Positions 8,329-19,225 of a stretch of 64,000 nucleotides of DNA are shown here, in pieces. The notes under the pieces are model-generated. The model was given only the letters and a program-made list of their open reading frames with translations. It was not told the DNA's origin and made no database searches. Location: positions 280,326 to 344,325 of the forward strand of contig CAWEKG010000001.1 in the NCBI GenBank assembly GCA_963809595.1, given 5' to 3'. The number at the start of each line of letters is the position of its first letter. Position 1 is the first letter of the stretch. This stretch comes from an uncultured Chloroflexia bacterium. GTDB lineage: Bacteria > Chloroflexota > Limnocylindria > Limnocylindrales > CSP1-4. Both the position numbers and the translations under genes were made by a program.

Positions 8329-9876
8329 GTGAGCGACGCCATCCTCGAACCGCCTCCCGCAGGCGAGTCGTCCTCGTCCGCGACCAGGCCCGACGATCCT
8401 CACGACCTGTCGGCCCTCGTCGCCCACCAGACGGAGAGGGTCGACCGCGACGACGGCCTCTTCTCGCCGGGTCGTCGGGCGCTGACGATCGGCCTGGTGA
8501 TGACGGTCACCCTGGTCGCCTTCGAGTCGCTGGCGATCGGGGCGGTCATGCCGGTCGTGGCCAAGGACCTCGGCGACTTCAGCCTCTACGGCTGGGTCTT
8601 CTCAGCGTTCTTCCTGGCGAGCCTCATCGGGATCGTGGTGACCGGCGGCTGGATCGACCGGGGCGGCCTCGGCGCGCCGCTGGCGACCGGGCTCGGGCTC
8701 TTCTCGGTGGGGCTGCTCATCGGCGGGCTGGCCCCGTCGATGGAGATCCTGGTGTTCGCCCGGTTCCTCCAGGGCCTCGGCGCCGGGGCGATCCCGCCGG
8801 TGGCCTACGTCTCGATCGGCCGGGCGCTGCCGGACCACCTCCGGCCGCGGATGTTCGCGGTCCTGTCCACGGCCTGGGTCCTGCCCGGGGTCATCGGGCC
8901 GGCACTCGCCGGAGCGATCGCCCAGCTGTCGAGCTGGCGGGTCGTCTTCCTCGGGCTCCTGCCGCTCATCGCCGTGGCCGCGGCGATCACCCTGCCCGCC
9001 ATCCGGAGCGCGGTCCCGTCGGCGGCGGACGTCGCGGCGAGGGACGGGGCGACCGGATCGGCCGGGGCGGCCGGGGCGAGCCCGGCGTTCCGGCGACGGC
9101 TGTCGCTTGCCCTCCTGCTGACGCTGGGCGCCGGTCTCCTGGTGGCCGGTCTCACCGACGGCCGGCCGTTCCCGGGCGGCCCGCTCATCGTGATCGGGCT
9201 GGCGCTCGTCATCCCGGCCTTCCGCGCGCTCACCCCCGCGGGCACGCTCCGGGCCGAGCGCGGGCTGCCGGCCGCGGTCCTCCTGCGGGGCGTCCTGACC
9301 TTCGCCTTCTTCTGTGCCGACGCCTACGTCCCACTCGCTCTCGTGGCCGGGCGTGGCCTGAGCCCGAGCGTGGCCGGGATCGCGCTCACTGGGGCGACCC
9401 TGTCGTGGACGGCCGGGGCGTGGATCCAGGCTCGTCAGATCGGTCGGCTTGGGGCGAGCCGGCTGGTCCAGAGCGGGTTCCTCGTCGTCGTCGCCGGCGT
9501 GGCGTCGTTCGCCCTCGTGCTGTCGCCCGACGTGCCGGTCGCGGTCGGGCTGGCCGCCTGGACGCTGGCCGGGTTGGGGATGGGTCTCGCCTATTCGCCG
9601 CTCTCGCTGACCGTCCTGCGCGATGCCCCGCCGGGCGGTGAGGGCGCGGCGACCTCCGGGCTCCAGCTGAGCGACGTCCTGGGCACGGCGCTCGGGACCG
9701 GCGTCGGTGGCGCGCTCATCGCCCTCGGCGTCCGAAACGGGGCCGAGCCCTGGGCCGGCCTCCTCGCCGCATTCGCCGTGGGCGCGATCGCCGGCCTCGG
9801 CGGAGCCGCCCTCGCGGGCCGATTGCGACGACCCGGCGAACCCGACAGCCCCACCGAGCGGGCCGCCCCGGTCTGA
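8329..9876 (+). CDS. MFS transporter
   Basis: 515 aa with 12-14 TM segments and MFS loop motifs (GWIDRGGLGAPL, FARFLQGLGAGA). Confidence 0.85.
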   Translation: MSDAILEPPPAGESSSSATRPDDPHDLSALVAHQTERVDRDDGLFSPGRRALTIGLVMTVTLVAFESLAIGAVMPVVAKDLGDFSLYGWVFSAFFLASLIGIVVTGGWIDRGGLGAPLATGLGLFSVGLLIGGLAPSMEILVFARFLQGLGAGAIPPVAYVSIGRALPDHLRPRMFAVLSTAWVLPGVIGPALAGAIAQLSSWRVVFLGLLPLIAVAAAITLPAIRSAVPSAADVAARDGATGSAGAAGASPAFRRRLSLALLLTLGAGLLVAGLTDGRPFPGGPLIVIGLALVIPAFRALTPAGTLRAERGLPAAVLLRGVLTFAFFCADAYVPLALVAGRGLSPSVAGIALTGATLSWTAGAWIQARQIGRLGASRLVQSGFLVVVAGVASFALVLSPDVPVAVGLAAWTLAGLGMGLAYSPLSLTVLRDAPPGGEGAATSGLQLSDVLGTALGTGVGGALIALGVRNGAEPWAGLLAAFAVGAIAGLGGAALAGRLRRPGEPDSPTERAAPV

Positions 9877-9906
9877 GGTCGTGCCGTTGGGTCGTGGGCC
9901 TGGGCG

Positions 9907-9944
9907 CCGCAGCTTCGTCGGGTGGCCGCAGCTTCGTCGGGTGG
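9907..9944. repeat. perfect tandem duplication 2 x 19 bp (CCGCAGCTTCGTCGGGTGG)
   Basis: Read directly. It is located 30 nt downstream of the MFS stop, inside a 650-bp non-coding gap. Confidence 0.9.
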
Positions 9945-10524
9945 TATCGGCGAGGGCGATAGGTTCGGGCGGTTGCAGACTCATCGCTAGCAGAACGGCG
10001 CCGTTGTCATCGAAACGATCGCCCGCAGCGATGGTGGGCGCGGTTTCGGGCCCGGTTCCGCCCTCGCTGGGCGCTCGGCGCCTCCGACCGCGGCCGAACC
10101 GTCGCAACCTATCGCCCCGGGCGATGGTGCGAGTCGGTCGCGGGCAGGGACGTGGCCCGGGTCACCGGTGGTCGACGCCGTTGATCGGTTTCGCCGGTTG
10201 GTGCGAGATCGGCCGACTCCGACGGTCGCCACAGACCCATCTGATCGAACGGGTCGATCGATCGGCGACCTGGGCGAGGGTGGTGTTGCTCCTGCGGGAG
10301 CGACCCGCCGGATTCGATCGATGGGGTCGGTCAACGGACCGCCGAGCACGGGGGTCGCGGCGCCCGATCCCCGTCGACCCCCCTCGGCACCGCTCGGGCG
10401 AACCGGCATCGAGCCCCACGGACCGGGCCGTCGCCTGAGACGGCGACCGTCGCGGAATCGGGCATCGACTGCGGTAGACTCTGGGCCTGCCCCGGATGCG
10501 GGCGACCCCAGGAGCCCCTGACGC

Positions 10525-11052
10525 ATGACGCTGACCGCCGAGGACCTGCGCGGCAGGATCCGCGAGATCCCCGACTTCCCGAAGCCGGGCATCCTCTTCT
10601 ACGACATCACGACGCTCCTCAAGGACCCCCAGGCCTACCGGACGTCGATCGACCTGATGCTCGCGCCCTATCGCGACGAGAAGATCGACATCGTCGTGGG
10701 GATGGAGTCGCGCGGGTTCATCTTCAGTGCCCCGATGGCCTACCAGCTGGGCGCCGGGCTGGTGCCCGTCCGCAAGCTGGGCAAGCTGCCGGCCGAGACG
10801 ATCACCGTGGAGTACGCCCTCGAGTACGGGTCGAACACGCTGGAGATCCACCGCGACTCGATCAACCCCGGGCAGCGCGTGCTCATCGTCGACGACCTCC
10901 TCGCCACCGGCGGCACGGTCCGCGGGACGATCGACCTGGTCGAGCGGCTCCAGGGCGAGGTCGTGGGTCTCGGGTTCCTCGTCGAGCTCGACTTCCTCAA
11001 GGGCCGCGACCGTCTCCCCGGCCAGCGGGTCGAGAGCGTCATCCGGTACTGA
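10525..11052 (+). CDS. apt: adenine phosphoribosyltransferase
   Basis: 175 aa. IPDFPKPGILFYDIT...VVGMESRGFIF...VLIVDDLLATGGT is the PRPP-binding motif. Confidence 0.95.
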   Translation: MTLTAEDLRGRIREIPDFPKPGILFYDITTLLKDPQAYRTSIDLMLAPYRDEKIDIVVGMESRGFIFSAPMAYQLGAGLVPVRKLGKLPAETITVEYALEYGSNTLEIHRDSINPGQRVLIVDDLLATGGTVRGTIDLVERLQGEVVGLGFLVELDFLKGRDRLPGQRVESVIRY

Positions 11053-11060
11053 GCCGGACC

Positions 11061-12641
11061 ATGGCCGACGGCGCACCCGAGGACCGGTCGGCGCCCGTCG
11101 AGGCCGCCGCAGCGACGGCTCCCGCCGTCGAGATCGTGGTGCCCGCCGCGACCGCCGGCCCGGGCGCGACTCCGGCGACGGTGTCCCGGCCCGTCGACGA
11201 GGTCGCGGCGCCCGCCCCGGGACCCGAGGCCCGTGCCGCTCCGCCCGACGAGGTGGACATCGGTCGGCGGCGCTTCTTCCGCCAGCTCGCCTCGGACGTG
11301 TTCCAGGCGACCGCCACGGTCGTCGGCGCCGCCAACGTCCTCCAGCAGACCTCGATGCAGGCCGCCAGCGCGATCCTCGACCCGGACGCCGCGTTCGCCG
11401 GGACCGCCGGGGCCGGGGGCGGCATCGCAGCGGGCGGATCGGGCCCCGGCGCAGCGACCGGCTCGGCGTCGGGCAGCGCGGCCCGCCCCGCACCGACCGG
11501 GTTCCGGACCGCCTTCCGGCTCGGCGAGGACTCGCTCATCCTGGTCGACCAGCGCCGCCTCCCGGGCGAGCTCCACGAGATCGAGTGCCGGACCGGCGCC
11601 GACGTCGCCTGGGCGATCCGCGAGATGGTCGTCCGGGGCGCCCCGGCGATCGGCCAGTCGGCGGCCTACGGCCTGTCGCTCACCGCCACCCGGGTCGCCG
11701 ACCTCAAGCCCTACGCCCGGGCCGCCACGATCCGGGCCGCCGGCAGCGCGCTCCGCCTCGCTCGTCCGACGGCGGTCAACCTGGCATGGGCCGTGGACCG
11801 GATGCTGGCCCGGCTCGAGGTGGTCGACGCGACCACGGAGGACGGAGCGGCCATCGCCGCGGCGATGCGAGCCGAGGCGGATGCCATCTGCGCCGAGGCC
11901 ACTCGTGACCACGGGCTCCTCGCCGAACACGGGCTCGCCCTCCTGCCCCGACCCCTCGACCGGCCGGTCCGGGTCCTGACCCACTGCAACACCGGGCCGC
12001 TGGCCTGCGGCCAGTTCGGGACGGCCCTCGGGGTCGTCCAGGCGGCCGTCCACGCGGGCCGGGAGATCCACGTCCACGTCGACGAGACCCGACCCTACCT
12101 CCAGGGCGCCCGGCTCACCGCCTGGGAGCTGGAGCAGGCCGGGGTGCCGTACACCCTGGCCCCCGACGCGGCCGCCGGCTCGATGCTCGCCAGCGGACGG
12201 ATCGATGCCGTCCTCGTGGGCGCCGATCGGATCGCCGCGAACGGCGACACGGCCAACAAGATCGGGACCTACCCGCTGGCCGTCCTGGCCGCTCATCACG
12301 GCGTCCCGTTCTACGTCTGCGCCCCGCTCAACTCGGTGGACCTCGCCACGCCCGACGGGAGCGGGATCACGATCGAGGAGCGCGCGGCCAGCGAGGTCCT
12401 CGACTTCGCCGGGACCCGGATCGCGCCGCCCGGGGCGACCGCCTGGAACCCGGCTTTCGACGTCACGCCGGCCGACCTCATCTCGGCGATCGTCACCGAG
12501 GCGGGCGCGCTCCGGCCGCCGTTCGGGCCGGCCCTCGAACAAGCGGTGACCGATCGGCGCCGGGCCGACGCCGAGGCTGGCACGGTCCCCGCCAGCGCGG
12601 CCAGCACCTCTGTCCCAGTCGCAGTCGCGGTCGCCGACTGA
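11061..12641 (+). CDS. mtnA: S-methyl-5-thioribose-1-phosphate isomerase with unusual ~150-aa N-terminal extension
   Basis: The core from about residue 155 ([18 protein letters not shown]...RGAPAIG...THCNTG...[19 protein letters not shown]...AFDVTPA) is MtnA/eIF-2B-like. Upstream, the same frame stays open for 150 Ala/Pro-rich codons containing GRRRFFRQL. Alternative in-frame starts are GTG 11253 and ATG 11355. Confidence 0.85.
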   Translation: MADGAPEDRSAPVEAAAATAPAVEIVVPAATAGPGATPATVSRPVDEVAAPAPGPEARAAPPDEVDIGRRRFFRQLASDVFQATATVVGAANVLQQTSMQAASAILDPDAAFAGTAGAGGGIAAGGSGPGAATGSASGSAARPAPTGFRTAFRLGEDSLILVDQRRLPGELHEIECRTGADVAWAIREMVVRGAPAIGQSAAYGLSLTATRVADLKPYARAATIRAAGSALRLARPTAVNLAWAVDRMLARLEVVDATTEDGAAIAAAMRAEADAICAEATRDHGLLAEHGLALLPRPLDRPVRVLTHCNTGPLACGQFGTALGVVQAAVHAGREIHVHVDETRPYLQGARLTAWELEQAGVPYTLAPDAAAGSMLASGRIDAVLVGADRIAANGDTANKIGTYPLAVLAAHHGVPFYVCAPLNSVDLATPDGSGITIEERAASEVLDFAGTRIAPPGATAWNPAFDVTPADLISAIVTEAGALRPPFGPALEQAVTDRRRADAEAGTVPASAASTSVPVAVAVAD

Positions 12642-13513
12642 TGGCGACCGTCGCCATCCAGGGCCGTCGCGACGCCGTCGAGGCGACCACGAGCACGGAT
12701 CGTGCCCTCCTGCGCTCGTACCTCGAGCGGGACCGGCTCTTCGCCGCCTACGCCCTGTGCGACCTGGACGATCGCGAGTTCGCCCGGACCCGCTGGGGGG
12801 TGGCTCGTCGCGGAGACGAGCTGGTGGCCGTGGCCCTCGAGTACGCCGGTCTCTCGCCCCAACCGCTCTTCGTCATGGGCGAGACCGACGGCATCGGGGC
12901 GATCCTCCGCGACGTCATCCGGCCGCGGGCCGCCTACGTCGCCGCCCTGACCGAGACGCTGCCCGCGGTCGAGGCCTCGTACCGGGTGGACCCCGGGACC
13001 CAGATGGTCCGGATGTGGGTCGATCGATCGACCTTCCGGCCGTACCCGTTCGACACCCGTCGCCTCCTCCCGGTGGAGATCGGCGATCTCAACCGGCTCT
13101 ATCAGCTCGGCTTCGCCTCGTGGCTGCCGTCGACGGCGATCAACGAGGGCGTCTACTACGGGATCCGGGTCGGTGGCCGCCTGGTGGCCGCCGCCGGCAC
13201 CCACGTGATCAGCCAGGACGCCCGGCTGGCGGTCGTCGGCAACGTCCTGACCCATGCCGACTACCGGGGTCGGGGGTTCGCGACCGCCACCACCGGAGCC
13301 GTCACCGCCGAGCTCCTGCGGACCTGCGACCAGGTGGTCCTCAACGTCCGGTCGGACAACCCGCCGGCGCTCCAGGCCTACCGCCGGCTCGGCTACCGCG
13401 AGCACGTCCGCTTCGAGGAGCGGCTCATCCATCGTCTCGGGTCGCCCTGGCCCGGGCTGCCCGGACCGCTCCGGCGTCTCATCTCGCTCAGCAAGGAGAA
13501 CAACTCACGATGA
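12641..13513 (+). CDS. GNAT-family N-acetyltransferase
   Basis: 290 aa. The C-terminal half ([29 protein letters not shown]...[13 protein letters not shown]) is GNAT motif A/B. The start overlaps the mtnA stop by 1 nt (TGATG), and the stop overlaps the ahcY start (ATGA). Confidence 0.8.
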   Translation: MATVAIQGRRDAVEATTSTDRALLRSYLERDRLFAAYALCDLDDREFARTRWGVARRGDELVAVALEYAGLSPQPLFVMGETDGIGAILRDVIRPRAAYVAALTETLPAVEASYRVDPGTQMVRMWVDRSTFRPYPFDTRRLLPVEIGDLNRLYQLGFASWLPSTAINEGVYYGIRVGGRLVAAAGTHVISQDARLAVVGNVLTHADYRGRGFATATTGAVTAELLRTCDQVVLNVRSDNPPALQAYRRLGYREHVRFEERLIHRLGSPWPGLPGPLRRLISLSKENNSR

Positions 13514-14787
13514 CCGCGATCGCCGATCTCCCCGCCCACGACGTCACGGACCTCGGGCTCGCGACCGAGGGCGTTCGCCGGATCGAGTGGGCCGAGCGGG
13601 AGATGCCCGTGCTGCGGCTCATCCGCGAGCGGTTCGAGCGCGAGCGCCCGCTCGAGGGGCTGCGCATCGGGGCCTGCCTCCACGTCACGACCGAGACGGC
13701 GAACCTGATGCGGACCCTCAAGGCCGGCGGCGCCGAGGTCGTCCTGGCTGCCTCGAACCCGCTCTCGACGAAGGACGACGTCGCCGCCGCGCTGGTGGCC
13801 TCGTACGGGATCTCGTGCTTCGCCCGCCGGGGCGAGGACCGGGACACCTACTACGCCCACCTCAACTCGGTGGCCGACACCCATCCCCAGCTGACGATGG
13901 ACGACGGCTGCGACCTCGTCTCGCTCCTCCACGCCGAGCGCCCCGGCCAGGTGGCCGAGGTCCTGGCCGGTACCGAGGAGACGACGACCGGGGTCATCCG
14001 GCTCAAGGCGATGGCCGCCGACGGCGCCCTCCGCTTCCCGGTCGTGGCGGTCAACGAGGCCCAGACCAAGCATCTCTTCGACAACCGCTACGGGACCGGC
14101 CAGTCCACCCTCGACGGGATCCTGCGGGCCACGAACATCCTCATCGCGGGACGGAACGTGGTGATCGCCGGCTACGGCTGGGTGGGCAAGGGGATCGCCT
14201 CGCGGATGGCCGGGCACGGCGCCCACGTGGCGATCGTCGAGGTGGACCCGGTCCGCGCCCTCGAGGCCCTCATGGACGGCTTCCTCGTGATGACCCACAC
14301 CCAGGCCGCTTCGTGGGGCGAGCTGTTCGTCACCGCCACCGGCAACCTCAACGTCTTCCGCCGCGAGCACTTCGCCGCGATGCGCGACGGGGCGATCATG
14401 GCCAACAGCGGCCACTTCGACGCCGAGCTGGACCTGGCCGCCCTGCGCGAGATGGCCGAGGGTCACGTCCGCGAGGTCCGCGAGAACGTCGAGGAGTTCG
14501 ACCTCGGCGGAAAGCGAGTCAACCTCATCGCCGAGGGCCGGCTGGTCAACCTCGGCGCCGCCGAGGGCCACCCGGCGGCGGTCATGGACATGAGCTTCGC
14601 GAACCAGGCGCTCTCGGCCGAGTACGTCGCGGCGCACCATGCCGAGCTGGAGCCGAAGGTCTACGTCGTCCCAGAGGCGATCGACGCGGAGGTCGCCCGG
14701 CTCAAGCTGGCCGCCCTGGGCATCGAGCTCGAGCCGATGACCGCGGAGCAGGCCGCCTACGTCTCGTCCTGGCAGCACGGGACCTGA
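13510..14787 (+). CDS. ahcY: adenosylhomocysteinase
   Basis: ORF 12757..14787 with ATG at 13510. [20 protein letters not shown]...TTETANL...GYGWVGKG (NAD site)...ANSGHFD...GRLVNLG. Confidence 0.95.
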   Translation: MTAIADLPAHDVTDLGLATEGVRRIEWAEREMPVLRLIRERFERERPLEGLRIGACLHVTTETANLMRTLKAGGAEVVLAASNPLSTKDDVAAALVASYGISCFARRGEDRDTYYAHLNSVADTHPQLTMDDGCDLVSLLHAERPGQVAEVLAGTEETTTGVIRLKAMAADGALRFPVVAVNEAQTKHLFDNRYGTGQSTLDGILRATNILIAGRNVVIAGYGWVGKGIASRMAGHGAHVAIVEVDPVRALEALMDGFLVMTHTQAASWGELFVTATGNLNVFRREHFAAMRDGAIMANSGHFDAELDLAALREMAEGHVREVRENVEEFDLGGKRVNLIAEGRLVNLGAAEGHPAAVMDMSFANQALSAEYVAAHHAELEPKVYVVPEAIDAEVARLKLAALGIELEPMTAEQAAYVSSWQHGT

Positions 14788-14802
14788 CCGAAGGGAGGGA
14801 CC

Positions 14803-15420
14803 TTGCGCATCCGGCCGATCGGCGTCCTCGATCTCGCGATCAAGGCCCTGGCCATCGGCCTGGCGCTCTACCCTCTGCTCGACCCGGGGTCGTCCCACTT
14901 CCAGGGCAAGGCGATGGGCGTCCGGGCCCTCATCTACCCCATCTCGACGGTCGTCATCCCGCTCGCCTGGTGGACGAGGGGCCGCCCCCGGCCGTACCCC
15001 TACCTGGCCGACATCGCCCTGGTCCTGCCCTTCGCCCTCGACGCCGGGGCGAACGTCTTCGGGCTGTTCGCGATCAGCGGCTTCGATGCACTGCCCCACG
15101 CCATCGGCTGGGCAAGCCTGACGGTGGCGTTCGGGCTGGCGGTCGCCCCGATCCTGCGGTCCCAGTGGGTCACCTTCGGCATGGCCGTCGGCTTCGGAGC
15201 GATCATCGACATCCTGTGGGAGATCGGCGAGTACCTCCTCCAGCGTTCGGGCTCGTCGGGCCTCCAGCTGACCTACGACAACACGATCCAGGACCTGGCA
15301 CTGTCCCTGACCGGGGCGGTCATCGGGGCGCTCCTCGTGGTGACCGTCCTGCGGCCACCGCCGGATGCCCCAAGGACGGTCTTCGGCTGGTCGACCGACC
15401 CGGACGTCGTCCGCGGCTGA
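14803..15420 (+). CDS. hypothetical integral membrane protein
   Basis: 205 aa with a TTG start after GAAGGGAGGG and 5-6 hydrophobic helices. Embedded between ahcY and metK. Confidence 0.6.
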   Translation: MRIRPIGVLDLAIKALAIGLALYPLLDPGSSHFQGKAMGVRALIYPISTVVIPLAWWTRGRPRPYPYLADIALVLPFALDAGANVFGLFAISGFDALPHAIGWASLTVAFGLAVAPILRSQWVTFGMAVGFGAIIDILWEIGEYLLQRSGSSGLQLTYDNTIQDLALSLTGAVIGALLVVTVLRPPPDAPRTVFGWSTDPDVVRG

Positions 15421-15492
15421 CCGGTACCGGAGGGCCGATGGCAGGTCCCGGCGGCCCGGTGGTACGCTCCCTCGGTTCGCAATGAGGGACCG

Positions 15493-16719
<1,227 letters not shown>

Positions 16720-16768
16720 CCGGGGTCGGCTCGGCCGGGTCGGGTCGGGCCGCGCCCAGCTGCGTCCG

Positions 16769-17581
16769 ATGACCTCGCCCGCGATCCGCCTGTCGGGCGT
16801 CCGTCGGACCTTCGCCGCGGCCGATGGCGAGCGCCTGGTCGCCCTCGACGGGCTCGACCTCGAGGTCGGGCGCCGCGAGGTCGTGGCGATCATCGGGCCG
16901 AACGGCAGCGGCAAGAGCACCCTCCTCCGGATCGTCGGTGGACTGCTCCGCGCCGACACGGGAACCGTCGAGGTCGAGGGCCGCCCGGTGGCTGGCCCGG
17001 ATCCCGCGGTCGGCTTCGTCTTCCAGGAGCCACGGCTGCTGCCCTGGCGGGACAGCCTCGACAACGTCGCCTACCCGATGGAGCTCGCCGGACGAGCCCG
17101 CGAGGCGCGCGAGACGCGCGGCCACGAGCTGCTCAAGCTGGTGGGTCTCGACGGGTTCGCCGGTGCCCGGCCCCATCACCTCTCGGGCGGGATGCGCCAG
17201 CGGGTCGCGCTCGCCCGGGCGCTGGCCCTCGACCCGTCGGTCCTTCTCCTCGACGAGCCGTTCAGCGCCCTGGACGCCCTGACCCGCGAGCGCTTCGACA
17301 TCGAGCTCCTCCGCCTCTGGGAGCGGACCGAGACGACGGTGATCATCGTCACCCACAGCATCACCGAGGCGGTCCTGCTCTCGGATCGGACCGTGGTCCT
17401 GTCGCGGCGCCCGGGTCGGATCGTGACCGTGGTCCGGTCGCCGCTCGGTCGGCCGCGCCGGCTCGAGGACCTCGGCTCGCCGGCCCTCGCCGCGGCCGCC
17501 GCCGAGATCCGCTCGGCCCTCGGTCAGCTCGGCGACCCCGACCCGGATCCGGCCGCCGTCCTCTCGGGTGCGCATCGATGA
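16769..17581 (+). CDS. ABC transporter ATP-binding protein (NitT/TauT-type)
   Basis: Walker A GPNGSGKST, signature [15 protein letters not shown], Walker B LLLDEPFSALD. Confidence 0.9.
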   Translation: MTSPAIRLSGVRRTFAAADGERLVALDGLDLEVGRREVVAIIGPNGSGKSTLLRIVGGLLRADTGTVEVEGRPVAGPDPAVGFVFQEPRLLPWRDSLDNVAYPMELAGRAREARETRGHELLKLVGLDGFAGARPHHLSGGMRQRVALARALALDPSVLLLDEPFSALDALTRERFDIELLRLWERTETTVIIVTHSITEAVLLSDRTVVLSRRPGRIVTVVRSPLGRPRRLEDLGSPALAAAAAEIRSALGQLGDPDPDPAAVLSGAHR

Positions 17582-18432
17582 GCGGGCCCACCAGCCGGGC
17601 GACGACCGAGCTGGCGACCGACGCGACGTCGGCCACGCCGACGACCACGCCGGAGCGCGGTCGCCGTTCGGGCCGCCCCGGTCGGCTCGGCAGGATCCTG
17701 GCGGTCCTCGCCGGCGGGATCGTCTTCCTGCTCATCTGGGAGCTGATCGTGCTGATCGGCGGCTACCAGCCGTTCATCCTGCCCGACCCGCCGACCGTCT
17801 TCAGTCGCTTCATCAAGGCCTGGACCGAGGGGACGATGTGGCCGCACGTCCTGGCCACCCTCCAGGAGATCGTCCTCGGCTTCGTGGTCGGGGTCGCCGC
17901 CGGGCTCGTCGCCGGCTACGTCCTCGCCCGGTCGCGGATGGCGAACCTGGTCCTCTCGCCATACCTCGTGGCCGCCCAGTCGACGCCGATCCTGGCCCTC
18001 GCCCCGCTCTTCGCCCTGTGGTTCGGGAGCGGGCTCCTGACCGTCGTCATCATCTGCGCCCTGATCGTCTTCTTCCCGGTCGCGGTCTCGACCCTCGTCG
18101 GGTTGCGCAACGTGGACGCCGGGCTGATGGAGCTGGCCCGGAGCCTGCGGGCGACCCGACGCCAGGTCCTCGTCACTCTCGAGGTGCCCGCCGCCCTGCC
18201 GTCGATCATGGGCGGGATCCGGGTGGGGGTGACCCTGGCCACGGTCGGGGCGATCATCGGCGAGTGGGCCGGCGCGGACCGCGGGCTCGGCTACCTCATC
18301 AACCTCGCGCGGGGCAGCCTCTTCGACATCCCGCTGATGTTCGCGACGCTCCTGACCACGGCTCTGCTCGGCGTCGGGTTCTACGGCCTGACGGTCCTCA
18401 TCGAGCGACGTCTCGTGGGCGACCGCGGCTGA
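17578..18432 (+). CDS. ABC transporter permease (NitT/TauT-type)
   Basis: 284 aa with 6 TM segments and the EAA-like loop ELARSLRATRRQVLVTLEVPAALP. 4-nt overlap with the ATPase gene. Confidence 0.9.
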   Translation: MSGPTSRATTELATDATSATPTTTPERGRRSGRPGRLGRILAVLAGGIVFLLIWELIVLIGGYQPFILPDPPTVFSRFIKAWTEGTMWPHVLATLQEIVLGFVVGVAAGLVAGYVLARSRMANLVLSPYLVAAQSTPILALAPLFALWFGSGLLTVVIICALIVFFPVAVSTLVGLRNVDAGLMELARSLRATRRQVLVTLEVPAALPSIMGGIRVGVTLATVGAIIGEWAGADRGLGYLINLARGSLFDIPLMFATLLTTALLGVGFYGLTVLIERRLVGDRG

Positions 18433-18544
18433 GACGCGGATCCGGTCGCTGGTGGTCGGCCGCGGTCCGATCGACGCCTTGGGGCTATCCTGCGTACCTC
18501 GGCCCGGCACCGCCGGCCGTCCATGACTGGGGAGGGATATCCCG

Positions 18545-19225
18545 ATGCGATACCGGATCAGTGGGCCAGCGGTACTGGCCATCGCCGTGCTCGCGCTCGC
18601 AGGTTGCAGCAGCTCCACCGGAGCGACCGCGAGCGCCGGCGCAGGCGCCTCGACCGCTGCCGCGGCCTCCGAGGCACCGACGAGCGCCGTCACCCCGGCC
18701 GCCAGCGCGGCGGCTCCGAGCGCGGCGGCTGCCAGCGAGGCGCCCGCCAGCGAGGCCCCGTCGAGCATCCCCATCCCCAGCTTCGCCTTCCCGAGCACCG
18801 ACAAGGCCCTCGAGGCGCTCCTCCCGGACACCATCTGCGGCAAGAAGGTCCAGAAGCTGAGCATGGGCGGCGAGACGTTCGCGGCCGGAGCCGATCCCGA
18901 GTTCGTGGCCGTCCTCCAGTCTCTCGGCAAGACGCCCTCGGACGTCTCCTTCGCGATCGCCGCCCCGCTCACCGCGGCCGGCGACTGCACGGCCGGCATC
19001 TTCCGGATCAAGGGGGCCGACGGCGGCGCCCTCAAGGCCGCCTTCCTGGCCGAGGCCGCCAAGCAGGGCACCAAGTACGAGGTGAAGTCGCTCGGTGGCA
19101 AGGACGTCTACGTCGACCCGGCCTCGGACTCGCTCCAGTACGCGTATTTCAAGGGCGACGCCGTCCTCTTCGTGAGCGCGCCGAGCGAGTCGGAGGCCGG
19201 CAAGATCATCGCCGTCCTGCCGTAA
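18545..19225 (+). CDS. hypothetical lipoprotein
   Basis: 226 aa. Lipobox LALAGC, a long Ala/Ser/Pro linker, then a globular domain of about 150 aa with two Cys. Family not recognised. Confidence 0.65.
   Translation: MRYRISGPAVLAIAVLALAGCSSSTGATASAGAGASTAAAASEAPTSAVTPAASAAAPSAAAASEAPASEAPSSIPIPSFAFPSTDKALEALLPDTICGKKVQKLSMGGETFAAGADPEFVAVLQSLGKTPSDVSFAIAAPLTAAGDCTAGIFRIKGADGGALKAAFLAEAAKQGTKYEVKSLGGKDVYVDPASDSLQYAYFKGDAVLFVSAPSESEAGKIIAVLP

Noticed and set aside
10380-10524. CTGAGA-containing hairpin and GC-rich stems upstream of apt, considered as a TPP or SAH riboswitch.
   Set aside because: The rest of the TPP core (ACCUGAUCYGGxUAAUxCCRGCG) and the SAH core (GCUCAGGA...AACGGCGCUC) are not present in a convincing order. 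I kept it only as part of the unexplained 650-bp gap.
18545-19225. Possible homology between the orphan lipoprotein in the ABC operon and the lipoprotein at 34516..35277, as a shared new family.
   Set aside because: They share only architecture: a lipobox, a low-complexity linker and a ~150-aa domain. The globular parts do not align by eye.
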